Part shown: piece by piece, positions 10,513-23,997 of the stretch
Position numbering within the stretch: the stretch's first letter is position 1
Layout of the letters: each line of letters starts with the position of its first letter
Source of the DNA: Chiloscyllium plagiosum
Taxonomy: Eukaryota
Assembly: GCF_004010195.1 (NCBI RefSeq)
Contig: NC_057720.1
Location: 29,610,125 to 29,664,546, forward strand
Length of the DNA: 54,422 bases
Direction of reading: 5' to 3'
Translations under genes and position numbers: made by a program
Notes under the pieces: generated by a model
Database searches by the model: none
What the model was told of the DNA's origin: nothing
Seen by the model: the letters and a program-made list of their open reading frames with translations, nothing else

Positions 10513-13500
10513 CAAAAATTCCATTATGCATTTCTAATCTACAATCTATTATACTGGTATAAAAATATTTTAAAAGATTGAAGGTATTATTCTCTTATCT
10601 TAAGTAAGCTGAAACACAAAAGGGTGGAAGTTATATAAGTTTCTGGTTAGGCCTCATTTAGCATTCAGTCCTGGAGATATTACTACATGTTAAGGCTATA
10701 TTGGGCTTGGAGGAGGTACCGTGCAGTTTTACCTGTATGATACAAAGCTAAAAATATTACATTATGTGGATTGGTTGCACAGGGTAGTCCTTTATTCACT
10801 TGAGTAGTGAGGGACAAGCTGAGTAGTGTATTGAGAGACAATGGTGACATGGAGTCAGTAGCACATTAGAACATGGTGCCACATAGAAAGGAAGATGGGT
10901 CTCCATAAATTGTTCCAACAACAAACCAACACTAGCTGGTTCACACAGTCCAACATATCATAGTGATCAGTGGTGGGGACCTTTGCTGAAATACTTTAAG
11001 GTAACTGTGGTAGAGAGAATCCAAGTGAGAAAAAGACATTGAAGACAAGGAATTTTGCAATTTAAGAAGAGTATCACTTTAAGAAGACACAGAGTCAATT
11101 ATCAACTGAAATATGAAAACCAGCACAGTAAGTAGCACGTGTAGGTGCAGCAACAGGGCAAAAGTAATACCAAGATCTGAGGAATCACCTCAGATCTCGG
11201 AAGATGCAATAGGAATACAATATGGGCTAGGAAAAGAGTAAAAGGGGTTAAGAAACATATCAGCCATTATCGAATGGTGGAGCAGACTCATTGGGCTGAA
11301 TGGAATGATTCCGCTTCTATATTTTATGGTCTAAAAGCTAACCATGCTTCAAAGTGCCCTTAGAGAAGAAGACTCCGTGGAAGTGATTGGGAGCTCTAGA
11401 AGTAAAGTTATAGTTCTCTGAGGGTATGGGGGAAATCGTCAAGTTGCTTGTTAAAAATGTGGGAAAGTCTCATCAAGTAGTACAGAAGTAATACAATTTA
11501 AAGCTTGAAAGAAGGACAGTTCATTCTGCAATGGCGGATATTTTGTTAACGCGATTGACGAAAAGGGGACACTGTTTCTAAAGCGCAAATTTTTAAAATG
11601 TGTGTTGACTTAAAATGATTACATTGCCAACACATTAAGCGCTGTTTATAAGTGTGATTTTTTAAATATATAATGCAGAGTTGCACAAGAATGCAACCAT
11701 AGTGTTATAGAAAACTACATGTAATAAAATACATTTTTACCAGTTAACCAAATTTAATTTTTTATTGGAAGAATACTATGTAGAATTGCTGCAGAATAGA
11801 GTTTAACAAAACTTAAAAGACAAATGAAACTTTAAGAGAACATGATTTAATGCAAGAATACAAGTTTGGAGGCAACATCTTGCAAACAGTGTCGAGATGC
11901 GACAAATTTTAAACAGTTTTAAATGAATAAAAATAAATCAATGTACTTTTTAAAAATTAAAAGAGAAATTATTCTTCCAAAAATATTTAATGTTCAAGGT
12001 GGGCCAAATAGAATAAAGGATTGCATGCCTGGGAGACAATAGTTCTTAAGATAAAGAACAGTTTCAAAACTGGGCACCACATTTGAAGTTGAACAAATTA
12101 ATAAATTATTTTATTCAGTCAGTCCTATGGCAGATGAAATCATAAAACATCAAAGTATCAAATGAAGATCCTAACTATTAATGAAGTTTTAAAAAGCTTT
12201 CATAACCGCTGCAATCAGAGAACAAATAAAATTTTGGAACTAGCAAGATAAAACTGAAAAGTTCAGATTCCAGACAAGTGCATAGGTAATTCTGTTCTTG
12301 ATCTCCATAAATTAGTGGAAAACTGAAACTATGGACCTTTGAAAACAGAATAATAAAAGACAGAACCATGACTGGAATTCTTAATGATTTTTACAATCTG
12401 AGAAAGATATAATATTGGAAGAAGCTATTCAAATTATGCTAGAAGCAGATAACAGAAAGACTCACAGACAGATCATGACTGGAGAAGAACAGCCCTAACT
12501 CAGGAGAGAAACAGAATGTGTTCACATTATGAGGCACATGAAAAGCCAACATGGGAGAATAAGCCAAACAGCAGATACTAAATGACAATGTTATGGAACA
12601 AGGAAGCCTTAAATGTACAGGCAATGTTTAGCTATGAGAAAAGAATCCTATATCTGTTAAACTTATAAGCTACTTCAAAGCCAAGTACTCAGTTTTACAT
12701 AAAGATTAATGCAGTTGGAACCCCTCCTTTAGAAAACATGTTTGCATTAAATGAAATGCCTCCATCAGAAAATGTATCCAAGTCATTTACAGGGAATCTA
12801 TTTATTCCACCAAAATGAGTAATTCATCTGAATTTACTTTCAAAAAGCTTATTTACAACAATGGACATCTTGGTAATTTAAGAAACATGTGCCTCTGTCC
12901 AGTCAGATTAAATAACATGGCTGAAGAAACAGAATTTATAGCCTACAAAAATGAAACTACATGATCCATGTGGAACAACTCCCAAGAATGAAGGTTTGCT
13001 ACAAGTAACACTGTAACAAAAGCAGAGAGTGGGAAATATACATGTGACTCACAATCGACATTCCTCAGTCTTGAGCCAGCACACAAGCCTTGGCCTCAAT
13101 ATCTTGGTGATGAGAAAAAATATTTGACTAGTGTCCTAAGAACAAATAATTCAGAAATAGATTGTTGTCAACCAACAAGTCAATGAATAGCTTTGGGCTT
13201 CCTGTACACATCGTGGAACTGAAAAGAAGAAAGAATTTTTGTTTAGATTCCCTATGTCAACATAAGTGAACTGTTTCACAATGTCAACAGCAAGGGACTG
13301 TGCATCCTGGGTTTTCTAGAATTTTGATATGCTTCTCAAGTTTTTGTGCAGTTTCACCCCTTCCTTGTAAAACATTAGTGTTAACCGCTTGTTTTAGTTT
13401 TATTTGGTCTTTACAATTCTCTCTGTCCCCACCACTTATTTTCACATCTTCATTTCCTGTTGATATTAGTGGAGGTTCAGTTTCACTGGCACTGTTTTCA

Positions 13501-13907
13501 AGATGCTTCTATTTTTGTTTGAGTCTTGGCTGTGATTGCCAATAGCTTGTTCAGCTACCAGTGCCTAAATGATTCTGTCCTCACCCAGCGACACTCACAC
13601 ATAATTGCAGTCGAAATCGCTATTTAGGAATCAGCATCTGGGCCCTGGTCAGATTTGCCTTACCTAACCTACAAATGCTGCAAGACTTGCAGGAACAATA
13701 TCTAATGGAAAGGGGTCAGAGCCTGGTCATCTAACTCAATAGAGAGGAGTGATCTAACTTGGCCTAAATATTTTAGAGTTGGAGGCTTGCCTGTGAACTA
13801 TTAGGATGATTTCTGAATTTTATTTTTAAAATTACTAATTGCATTCCTCAGGCCATCAGGCATGAAGGAGACTTTCGGTGTCCAAATGTGATTGCAGTAT
13901 AAAGAAT

Positions 13908-14270
13908 GATTTGCATTTGTAACATCTTTGGTAAAGAGTATATTTTGAAGTGTGGCATTCTATTATAGTGTAGAAATGGAGCAGCCAAACTGCAGACAGA
14001 AAACTCCCTTGAAACAGCAATATAACAAATCAGATAGTGTTCTTTTCTTTAGTGATGTAAGTTGAGTGATAAATGGCCAGGGTACTGGGCTATCTCCCCA
14101 ACCTTCTCAAAGAAATGCATCAGATTTTTTTACATCCACCTGCTCTTGAAAGGCACTATCTTCAACAGACTAGCACTGTCTTAAATCAGCATAGATTTTA
14201 TACTCAATGCTCTGGAGTGTGACCTAATCTTGTGACCCAAAGTGTTAGCACAGAGCTAATGGTGACAGCT
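13908..14270 (-). mobile_element. Deu-domain SINE (SacSINE1/AmnSINE-like), old
   Basis: Minus strand ggatgtaaaaaatc..ccctggccatttatcactcaac..atctgatt..ttgctgtt..ggctgc..cacacttcaaaa follows the Deu domain. Confidence 0.7.
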
Positions 14271-14304
14271 ACTGACGTGATTAAGGCTTATCAGATTAGG
14301 CAGC

Positions 14305-14810
14305 AACTGCCCATCCAACTCCACCAAGGGCATGCAGGCCTTGGGCCTCCTTCATTGTCACACCCTAACCACCCAACATCTGGAGGAAAAACGCCTCATC
14401 TTCTGCCTTGGGACCCTCCAACCACACGGCATCAATGTGGACTTCACCAGTTTCCTCATTTTCCCAAACCCCACCTTATCCCAGTTCCAACCTTCCAACT
14501 CAGCACTGCTCTCATGACCTGTCCTACCTGTCCATCTTCCTTCCCACCTGTCCGCTCCACTCTCCTCTCTGACCTATCACCATTACCCCCATCTCCATCT
14601 ACCTATTGCACTCTCAGTTACCTTCCCCCAGAACCAGTCCCCTCCCATTTATCTCTCCACCCCCCTCGGCGTGCAAGCTTCAATCCTGATGAAGGGCTCT
14701 GGCCCAAAAAGTCGATTCTCTTACTCCTCGGATGCTGCCTGACCTGCTGTGCTTTTCCAGCATCACACTCTCGACTCTGATCTCCAGCATCTGCAGTCCT
14801 CACTTTCTTC
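14305..14810 (+). mobile_element. PLE family A 3' end: GIY-YIG C-terminus + pLTR
   Basis: ORF 14332 MQALGLLHCHTLTTQHLEEKRLIFCLGTLQPHGINVDFTSF; pLTR homologous to 6660-6956. Confidence 0.85.
14682..14717 (+). ncRNA. Hammerhead ribozyme motif, degenerate core
   Basis: aatc CTGATGA a GGGC tctg GCCC AAAAA GTC gatt; stem I aatc/gatt is intact. Confidence 0.65.
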
Positions 14811-15771
14811 CAGCAGTAATTCTAACCCAACCCAAACCTCTTTTGAATTGACTTGTTATAGGTTATTTTTCACTTGATATACCCTCAGCAGGGCTAAAAA
14901 TGGTGTGTCCTCTGCACTTCAGATCAGCAGCGCACTGATGAAAGGAAGAGTGATTTTGAAAAACACAAGAATGCTGTCGGTACCCTGAACTTCAATCACA
15001 CATCACTAGGTGGTGACAAAGTGCTGTTAATACAAAACCATTTCAGTAGTTACTTTTAAAAGCACTTTGCTGTCCATTTCTCCTGATGTTAAATTTGTTT
15101 TCATTTTTTTATCAGCTATGCTTTATTCCATTACTGGGGAGATGGGTAGCTGAGTCGGCTGGTTTGTGATGCCGGATGATGCCAACAGCACTTTTTAAAC
15201 TCCTATACTAGCTGTGGTTAACATGAAGGTCCCATCTTCTCAATCTCACCCCTCACTTGTGGCACCTAGGATTTAACCACCACACTTGTCTCTCTTTCTC
15301 TCACTATGGTGATTTTACCTTTTCCTACTACATTATTTAACACCAAACGCTCATTTTTGTTGTCTCTCCCTACCTCTCTCTTTTTTTTTATTTTTTAGTC
15401 AAATTACGCCACCTTCAAGAATGGGCCACCTTCACTTAGTTGAAGGTCTTCTTTCCATTGGTTATTAGCACTTAACTTTTCCCCTGGGTGAATTCACACC
15501 ACACAATCTTTAGAAGAAACAATTAAAAACTGAGCATTTTTGGCCATGTCAAAATGATCCATCAATACTTCTCTGGCAGTCACTTAAAGGATGTGTGTGA
15601 CAGCAGTTTCACCCGTAATTCAAAGTAGAGTCATACCCACACAGGAAACATTAACTCTATTTCTTTCTTCATTCATGCTGTAAGATCTGCTGAGTTTCTC
15701 CAGGATTTTCTATGTTTATTTTTTGATATTAGCACCATCAGTATTTTACCTTTATTTGCTGAAGTTCTGAA

Positions 15772-16400
15772 TATCTAGAGCCACATGTAAGCCAGATGGC
15801 AGTTCTCCATCCCTAAGTGGCATCAGTAAACCAGATACGTTGTTACAACAATTAATGGTAGTCACAATGTCAGCATTACTGAGACGAGTTTTAGATTCTA
15901 GTCCCAGATTTTTTAAAAATTTGGATTAAAATTCAGGTTGTAAGTTTGTTCGCTGAGCTGGTAGATGTGTTCTCAGACAGTTTGTCACCATGCTAGGTAA
16001 CATCATCAGTGAGCCTCTGATGAAGCGTTGGTGTTCTGGCCCCTTTGCTATTTATCTGCCTTGGTCTGCTGTGGTGGGTGATATCACTTCCAGTTCTTTT
16101 TCTGAGAGGTTGGTAAATGGGGTCCAAATCGACTTGTTTGTTAATAGAATTCTGGTTTGAATGCCAGGCCTCTAGGAATTCCCATGCATGTCTTTGTTCA
16201 GCCTATCCCAGATGGATGTATTGTCCCAGCAGAACTGGTGTCCCTCTTCGTCTGTGTGTAAGGATACTAGTGACATTGGTCATGTCTTTTGGTGGCTAGT
16301 TGGTGCTTGTGAATCCTGGGGCTGGTTTAAAATTCCTCCAACTGCCATAGTGGGATTTTAATCCATTTCCACAGAACATTGGAATCTTAGTGTTATTACA
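15772..16400 (-). mobile_element. Old SINE (family of 10158-10512) split by a PLE
   Basis: gccacatgtaagccagatggcag..aaccaga before, and ctgccatagtgggattttaatcc after, the insert. Confidence 0.6.
15935..16322 (-). mobile_element. PLE family B 3' end: GIY-YIG C-terminus + pLTR, 13-bp TSD
   Basis: Minus strand RIHKHQLATKRHD..EFLEAWHSNQNSINKQVDLDPIY; TSD tggattaaaattc (15922-15934) / tggtttaaaattc (16323-16335); degenerate HHR at 15972-16013. Confidence 0.85.
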
Positions 16401-17340
16401 ATCTACACTATAGAACAAGGTCCTTCAGCCTGTGCCAATCAAAAACAAGCACCGAGCTATTCCAACCCCATTTTCCAGCACTTGGCCCCTAGCCTTGTGC
16501 AGCTTGGCATCTCAAATACACGTCTAAATAATCATTAAATATTATGAGAGTTTCTGCCTCCACCACCCTTACAGGCAATGAGTTCCAGATTCCCACTACT
16601 TGATGAGTGAAAAAGCTTTTCCTCACTCTATTCCAAACCTCCAGTCGCTTTCCATAAATCAATGTACTTTGTTCGTAGATCCCTCCACCAAGAGCAAACG
16701 TCTCTTCCTGTCTATTCTATCTATGTTATCTCTAATATTATATATCTCAATTAAGGCGCCAACTCACTCTCCTTTGCTCCAAGGAAAACAACCCAGTTAT
16801 AATAATAGTCATTGAGATGTATAGCACAGAAACAGACCCTTCAGTCCAACTTGTCCATGCCGACCAGATATCCCAACCCAATCTAGTCCCATCTGCCAGC
16901 TCCCGGCCCACATCCCTCCAAACCCTTCCTATTCATATACCCATCTAGATGCCTTTTAAATGTTGCAATTGTACTAGCCTCCACCACTTCCTCTGGCAGC
17001 TCATTCCATACACATACCACCTCCTGCGTGAAAACATTGCCCCTTAGGTCTCTTTTATATCTTTTCCCCTCACCATAAACCTATGCCCTCTAGTTCTCGA
17101 CTCCCCCACCCAGGGAAGAGACCTTGTCTATTTATCCTATCCGAGCCCCTCATGATTTTATAAACCTCTATAAGGTCATCCCTCTGCCTCCGACGCTCCA
17201 GGGAAAACAGACCTAGCCTATTCAGCCTCTCCCTATACTCAAATCCTCCAACCCTGGCAACATCCTTATAAATCTTTTCTGAACCCTTTCAAGTTTCATA
17301 ACATCCAGTTAATCCAATCTCTTTTCACAACTAAAAATCG
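16400..17340 (-). mobile_element. Two nested CR1 3' ends (younger copy ~16800-17304 inside an older one)
   Basis: Both carry CR1 3' UTRs; ccagtta repeated at 16793-16799 and 17305-17311. Confidence 0.85.
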
Positions 17341-17639
17341 TCACCCAGGGAGCATTGGCTAACACTGTTGGATTACCAGCCCAGTGGGATTACTGCTACT
17401 GCAACATTTTCTCCTAATTCTGTACATGACTGCTGTGATCAGCAGCTAAAATCAGATCAGGCTACTGGGTGCATCATAAAACTTCAGCACTTAAATATTC
17501 TAACCTGTCAATGAAGGAATGGCAATAGATTTCCAAATCAGAATATTATGAACTTGGAGGGCAACTTGAAAGTGATGGTGTACTTACATGATTGTTCTTC
17601 TTGATGATGATCTCGACCTCTATCACAGTTATTGGCAGT

Positions 17640-18045
17640 TGGTTCGACTGGGCCTTTATTCACTTGTGGTTAGACGAATGAAAGGGGATCTGATTGAAAC
17701 GTTAAAATTCTAACAAGGACAGATAGTCTAAATGCGAGAAGGATGTAGGATGTTTCCCTTGTTTGGCCAGTCTAGAGCCAAGGATCCAGAATGTGGGGTC
17801 GGAAGCAATTCTTCATTCAGAGTAGGAAAGCTGTGGAATTTCAACCACAAAGGCTCTGGAGGCTTGGTCACGGAGAGTATTCAAGAAAGTGATTGGCAAT
17901 TTTTTTCAGATATTAAGAGATCAAAGGCTATGGAGAGAAAGCAGAAATACAACACTGAGATAGATGATCAGCCATAATCATTCTTAATGATGGAGCAGGT
18001 TTAGAGGGCTGAATGATCTACTTCCACTCATAGTTATTACGTATC
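17640..18045 (+). mobile_element. Old CR1 3' end
   Basis: RRMKGDLIETLKF; UTR ..ggagcagg..agggctgaatg. Confidence 0.7.
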
Positions 18046-18629
18046 TATTAAATCCAGTCACCATCTCCTGAGAATGTAAACTCCATAGTTAACTTTTAAA
18101 TTTTTCATAGAATCAATTTGTAGGGATATTATGAACCTTAAGATTACCATTTACCACACTTCCAAGTTTCCAGTCAGCATATTCCAGTCACCAAGAGGTG
18201 AGTAGCATCCCTGGTGGGAAAAATGTTTTCCAATGCAATTCGGTAAGTTATATTTAAGACAGCATTTACCTCCAGTTCAACTCACCCACTAAATAAATGC
18301 CATTTCATAGCCTGAATATTAGGAAGGGGAAACAGGAGGTAGGAAGATTGGTAAGTGACACATGTATTCAGTGTACTTTATTATACTTATTTTATTTCCC
18401 ACCACTAGGTGGTGGAAGACCTCTCCTTGTTTTGCCTGTGGGTTGACTGTTTTTTGTACATGCATCCAAAAACAAAGCCCCATTGCTCACATTAAAAGAA
18501 AATCTTCCATCTGAAATAAATACAATTCCTCTGTCAGCCACCCCTGAAACAAACAACTATATGGCCAAAAACAGCATGCTAAGGTCAAGATTGGTCTGAA
18601 CTACAGTTCAAAGTAATCCATTTGTGAAT

Positions 18630-20031
18630 CTTCTTTTTAAAATTCATTCACAAGATGTGGTTGTTCCTGATTTGTCTAAAACTCTCTAAATGCTTTGGGG
18701 AGATTGTCATGAACCACCTTCTTGACCACAGAGTCCAGCTGGTGTAGGAACACCCACAGTAATGTTAAGAAATGAGTTCTTTGATTTTGACCAATTTACA
18801 TGTTGGAATAGGGAAATATTTCCAATGATGTGCGGCTTAGAGGGAAACTCGGATTTGGTGCTGTTCCTATATACCTGCTGCCCTTTATCCTTCCAAGTGA
18901 CAGAGGTCACAGTTTTGTAAGATGCTGGCAAGGGAGCCCTCGATAAGTTTTTGCACGACATCCTGTTGATGATACACATTTTTGCTCCTATTGTGTACCA
19001 TTAGTAGAGAGAGTGAATGTTAAAGGTGTTAAGTGAACTGTCTATCAAGCGGTTGCTGTCCTGAATATTGTTGAACTTTTATGTAGTTGGAGCTGCACCC
19101 TACTCGGCAAGTGGAGAATATGCCTTACACTCCTGATTAGTGCCTTGTAGCTTGTAGACACAGTTCAGACCATTAGAAAATGAATTAGTCACCACAGAGT
19201 TCCTATCCTCCAACCTGTTCTTCTAGCCACAGCATATGGATACCTGGTCCAGTTGAACTGAGGTTTAGCAGTTGTAATCCCTAAGTGGTAAGGGCAACTC
19301 GTTAGATTTTCCCATTTCCTTGTTTGGTACTTGTATGAATCCATTGTCCATTGTCAGAAAAATCCATCTGGTTCACTAATTTCCTATAAGGAAGGAAACA
19401 GCCATCCTTACCTGGCATGGCCTACATATGACTCTACACCCTCAGCAATGTGGTTAACTCTTAACTGCCCTCTGGCCAATTAGGGATAGGCAAAAGAAAT
19501 GCTGGCCTAGCCAGAGACACCCACATTCTGTGAGTGAATTTAAAAAAGCAATGTTACTTGCCTGTCTTCACACAAAGACTGATTGATCAAGCTTTGCTGC
19601 ATTCAGGCCCAGAAACCTCCATTACCTGAGAAGTTGTGAATTGATCTGAACATTATGCAAGTATCAATAAGTATACCTGGTTCTGACTTTATCATGGGGG
19701 GAATGTCATTGATGAAGCTGCTAAAGATTGCTTGGCCTTGGATACCACCCTGAGGAATTCCTGGAACAAATATAATTGGCTTCAAATAATCCCTTGTGCT
19801 CGGTGTGAGTACAACCTTTGGGGAATTATCATTGACTTCACTTTCCTACTATGACGCCACATTTCTGTCAAAGGCAAATACCTCTTACTACATTGGTTTG
19901 GACCAAAGCTACAATGAAACTGGAGTGGAGTGGTGCTGGTAGAATCCAAAGTAAGCTTCAGTGAACAGGTTATTGGTAAGCAATAAACATTTGATAGCAC
20001 TGTCCATGACCTTTTCCATCATTCACTGACA
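18630..20031 (-). mobile_element. Old CR1/L2-group LINE 3' region with a SINE tail inserted at ~19340-19548 (+)
   Basis: ORF 19603-19785 GIPQGGIQGQAIFSSFINDI (RT GVPQGS motif); tail ..tgtgaatgaatttt at 18635-18660. Confidence 0.7.
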
Positions 20032-20531
20032 NNNNNNNNNNNNNNNNNNNNNNNNNNNNNNNNNNNNNNNNNNNNNNNNNNNNNNNNNNNNNNNNNNNNN
20101 NNNNNNNNNNNNNNNNNNNNNNNNNNNNNNNNNNNNNNNNNNNNNNNNNNNNNNNNNNNNNNNNNNNNNNNNNNNNNNNNNNNNNNNNNNNNNNNNNNNN
20201 NNNNNNNNNNNNNNNNNNNNNNNNNNNNNNNNNNNNNNNNNNNNNNNNNNNNNNNNNNNNNNNNNNNNNNNNNNNNNNNNNNNNNNNNNNNNNNNNNNNN
20301 NNNNNNNNNNNNNNNNNNNNNNNNNNNNNNNNNNNNNNNNNNNNNNNNNNNNNNNNNNNNNNNNNNNNNNNNNNNNNNNNNNNNNNNNNNNNNNNNNNNN
20401 NNNNNNNNNNNNNNNNNNNNNNNNNNNNNNNNNNNNNNNNNNNNNNNNNNNNNNNNNNNNNNNNNNNNNNNNNNNNNNNNNNNNNNNNNNNNNNNNNNNN
20501 NNNNNNNNNNNNNNNNNNNNNNNNNNNNNNN
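20032..20531. other. Assembly gap (500 N)
   Basis: Run of N. Confidence 1.
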
Positions 20532-20699
20532 GCTAAAAGAAGGGGATAGATTTTCCAGCATTTTCTCTTTTGGTTTCAGATTCCAGCATCCGTAGTAATT
20601 TGCTTTTAACCATCATTGGGAAGAATGCAGAAAGCAATCAAACAGACAAAAAGAAGAAAGCCTTTAACCTGGATGATTTTCTAGCTAAGTTTTTCAAAG

Positions 20700-22350
20700 C
20701 TGGTAGACTTTTATTCACATCAATATTCTATCAAAGATCAACAGCTCTTCCTAGGTATTTGGGAGAAAAGAGAATTTCCCACACTCCCATCCAGCCTGAC
20801 TTCAGGGATCTGACAATTATTTCTAACTTCAAGAAAGGAGATAAACTGTGTTGTGGAAACAATCAAGTTATTTCCCTCTTGTCTATAGCCAAATAATCCC
20901 GATACACATTCTCCTGAACCACCTACCCACCATGGTTGAGGAATTAGTCCTGAAGTCAGTGTGGCTCTACATTTTCCACAGGAGCTTCTGGCATGGCTTT
21001 GTTGCCAGAGAATTACAAGAAAAGCTTTTGACTCAGTAAGTTGCAATGCTTCACAGATTGTGTCCCAAAGATTTGTATGTCCAGGAAACTTAATCATTGT
21101 TCTGCATTTGCTTTATAATGGTATGACTGTCTTGAGTGGGAGATATGAAATGTTTTCAAAATCTGGGCTGTCATTAGCCAAAGCTGTGTAATGGTCCCTA
21201 TACTAATTACAATCTACCTGACAGTGATTACTCACCTCATGAAAGATCAATTGTTCTTTGAAATCTCTATTTAATACCATCTAGATGAAAAATCCTTTTA
21301 ACTTCTGTTGCTCCCATGCAAACTAAAATGGCCACCATAGGTACACATGGTCTATAGTGTGAAGATGACTGCAGTGTCATTGCCCACTCTGTGCCAGATT
21401 TGCATATCATTCTTCATCCCTTCAATTCAACATACAAGAAACTCAGTTTGTCCTTAACTGTTGCTAAAACATGCCCTAAACGTGGTCAGCCAAATATTCT
21501 ACCTCACAGACATGTTGAAGGAGTGAGTCGGAAATATGTTGAGCTTATCTAGTACCTTGGCAGCTACCTCTCTCTAAATACAAGCATTAATGAATAGATT
21601 TAAAACCAATTTAGCTGCACCAGCTCAGCCTTACACAAACTATGGCACTGACTATTTGGCAACAAAGACCTCCGCAAGTCGACAAAAGTCCTAGTTTACA
21701 GAGTAATTACCATCACCAGCTTCCCAAACTACAGTGTGACCTGAACTGTATCAGTGACTTATGATAGCACTCAAGAAATTCCACCAGAAATGCCTCGTCC
21801 ACATTTCCTGGATTCAATGGGAGGAACTTTTAACAAATGTTAATCTTCTTGAAGCCAGTCCCACAAAAATTTAGCAAGAATGTAGAAAAATCAACTTCAA
21901 CCACATTGGTCTGGATATTGAGTCCAGGAGGCCAAAAAAGTACTTGCCCTGCTAGGTCCTCTTTTCTCAGTTCTCAAATGGCCAATATTCCAGGAGTGGG
22001 TAAAGAAATGCTTCAAAGACACTCTAGCATGGTATTGATGTTAATAAGCAGGAGGAGCTTGCTACAATTTATTTAAAATAACGATAACATGTCCATCAAG
22101 CTTTTCCATGCGTTCAGTCACAATGTCTCAATGAAGAAACGGGGTGGTGGCAAAACAGTCGAGAAAAAGAAGACAATTCCAAACTCCAGATTTCTCTTCC
22201 TTATGGAACATTCTGCTCCATGCACCTACTGATCTGTGGATCAAAAAGCATCCTGTTCTGTCACATGAAGAGCCATGGCAGAAACTCATGATCCTTGTGG
22301 ACATCTTCCTCAAATCAAGGACAAGCCAAGGCCACCCTTAATGATGATAA
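20700..22350 (+). mobile_element. RTE-clade LINE remnant
   Basis: IQPDFRDLTIISNFKKGDKLCCGNNQVISLLSIAK resembles RTE PQDFRDA..FKKGD...CGNYRGISLLS; KAFDSV; CP..LLYNGM. Confidence 0.75.
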
Positions 22351-22661
22351 TCTTGAATTGACTGCATAATTAAGGTGTGTTTATCTAGACTGGACTGCAA
22401 AACAACACATGTTCATCAGGAATTTGCTGGCTATAGTATATGTAATGCACAGATGCATGCCATTTATTTACTTGGACTACACTACCAACAGGAAATACAT
22501 TGATCTAGGATTACCATTTACATATGCAGGACATATTGGAACGCTTTGTACACAAAAAAATGATACAATAAGAGCCAATTTGGTGAACGTATTATCCACA
22601 CCCTAGTACTAGATCTGACCATTTTACAGGCAACAATAGTTGGTGTTAGGCACTTTGTATT

Positions 22662-22997
22662 TTTTTATATTATTCATTCACAGGATATGGGCACCACTGG
22701 CTAGGCCAGCATTTATTGCCCATCATTAATTGTTGGTCATCTACATTGCTGTGGGTCTGGAGTCACATTTGGCCAGACAAGGTTCGGAAAGCAGTTTCAT
22801 TCCCTAAACGATATTACTGAACCAGATTGATTTTTCCCGACACCAGCAATGGTTGTATGGTCAGCACTAGATTCTTAATTCCAGATTTGTTATTGAATTC
22901 AAATACAAACATATGCTATGGTGGGATTTGATCACGGGTCCCCAGAACATTACCTGGGTCTCTGGATTAATAGACGAGCGATAGTACCACTAGACCA
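22662..22997 (-). mobile_element. tRNA-derived SINE (family of 10158-10512)
   Basis: Reverse-complement homology to 10158-10512 over head, body and tail. Confidence 0.8.
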
Positions 22998-23876
22998 TTA
23001 CATCCCTGCCCCTTAGATTATTCAACTCAAAAAGTGAAGCATAGAGCCAAGATACCATGAGTATTGAGTACCTGGGCAATTGTTGTGTCCTAACCTTGCT
23101 TGAATCATGGTCGCAAATTGACAGGATCATTCTGTAATCACAAGGTGGCAATCTTGATCTTTTAAAATAAGCATCTTCAGCTGTCTTCAACAAGAACTTT
23201 ATACCTGGACAAGTTTCCATCTTGCTTCCACTTCATTTGTTTTATCTGACGTTGACCTTATTCTAAACCTGTGTTTATCTAGACGTGATTGCATACATAA
23301 GGGGGATAATTATAACTTCAGGAGCTACTGTAAAAGTGTTAGTATCAGATTGGCTAATTATTGTATTATCACTTGCAAGAGGTACAGAACCGATGGAAAT
23401 CTGATGTCTCTTATTACATATCATCAGCAAAAGTTAAAATGACTGCCATGTCCTTACTTAAGAGTGGACTAGAACAAACACAGAATCAAAGGAATGTCAC
23501 GACACAATTGAAGGCTATTTGGTCCGTTGTGTCTCCACAGGCTCTCCAAATGAATATTATGACTTTAGTGCCATTCTCACACCATTTATCCATATTCCAG
23601 CACTTTATTTCTATTTGAATAATTTTCCAATGGCCTCTTGAATGCTTCAGTTGAACATGTCTTTACCATACTTCTAGGCAGTGCATTCCAGATCCTGACT
23701 TCTTGTTGCGTGAAAATGTTTTTTTCCCTTATCACATTTACTACTTTTGCAAATCAGTTTAAATCTGTGCCCTCTTGTTCTTGACCCAGTTTTGAACAAG
23801 TACAGTTTTACTTTGTCTACTCTGCCAGACCTCTCATGATTTTGAAAACGTCAATCAAATCTATTCTTAATCTTCT

Positions 23877-23997
23877 GACGTGTTCAGAAGCAGAGTCACT
23901 GGACTCTGAATGTTAACTCTGATTTCTCCCCACAGATGCTGCCAGACCCGCTGAGATTTTTGTTTCAGATTTCCAGCATTCGTAGTTCTTTCGGTTT
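23877..23997 (+). mobile_element. PLE family C pLTR mini-insert with degenerate HHR and TSD
   Basis: ttcttaatcttct at 23864-23876 and 24002-24014; gtt CAGAAGC a GAGTC actg GACTC tgaat GTT aac. Confidence 0.75.

Noticed and set aside
11173..11197. Perfect 10-bp hairpin agatctgagg-aatca-cctcagatct
   Set aside because: Isolated and short, with no family or motif; plausible by chance.
14232..14780. 182-aa proline-rich ORF
   Set aside because: An off-frame reading of the C/T-rich PLE pLTR.
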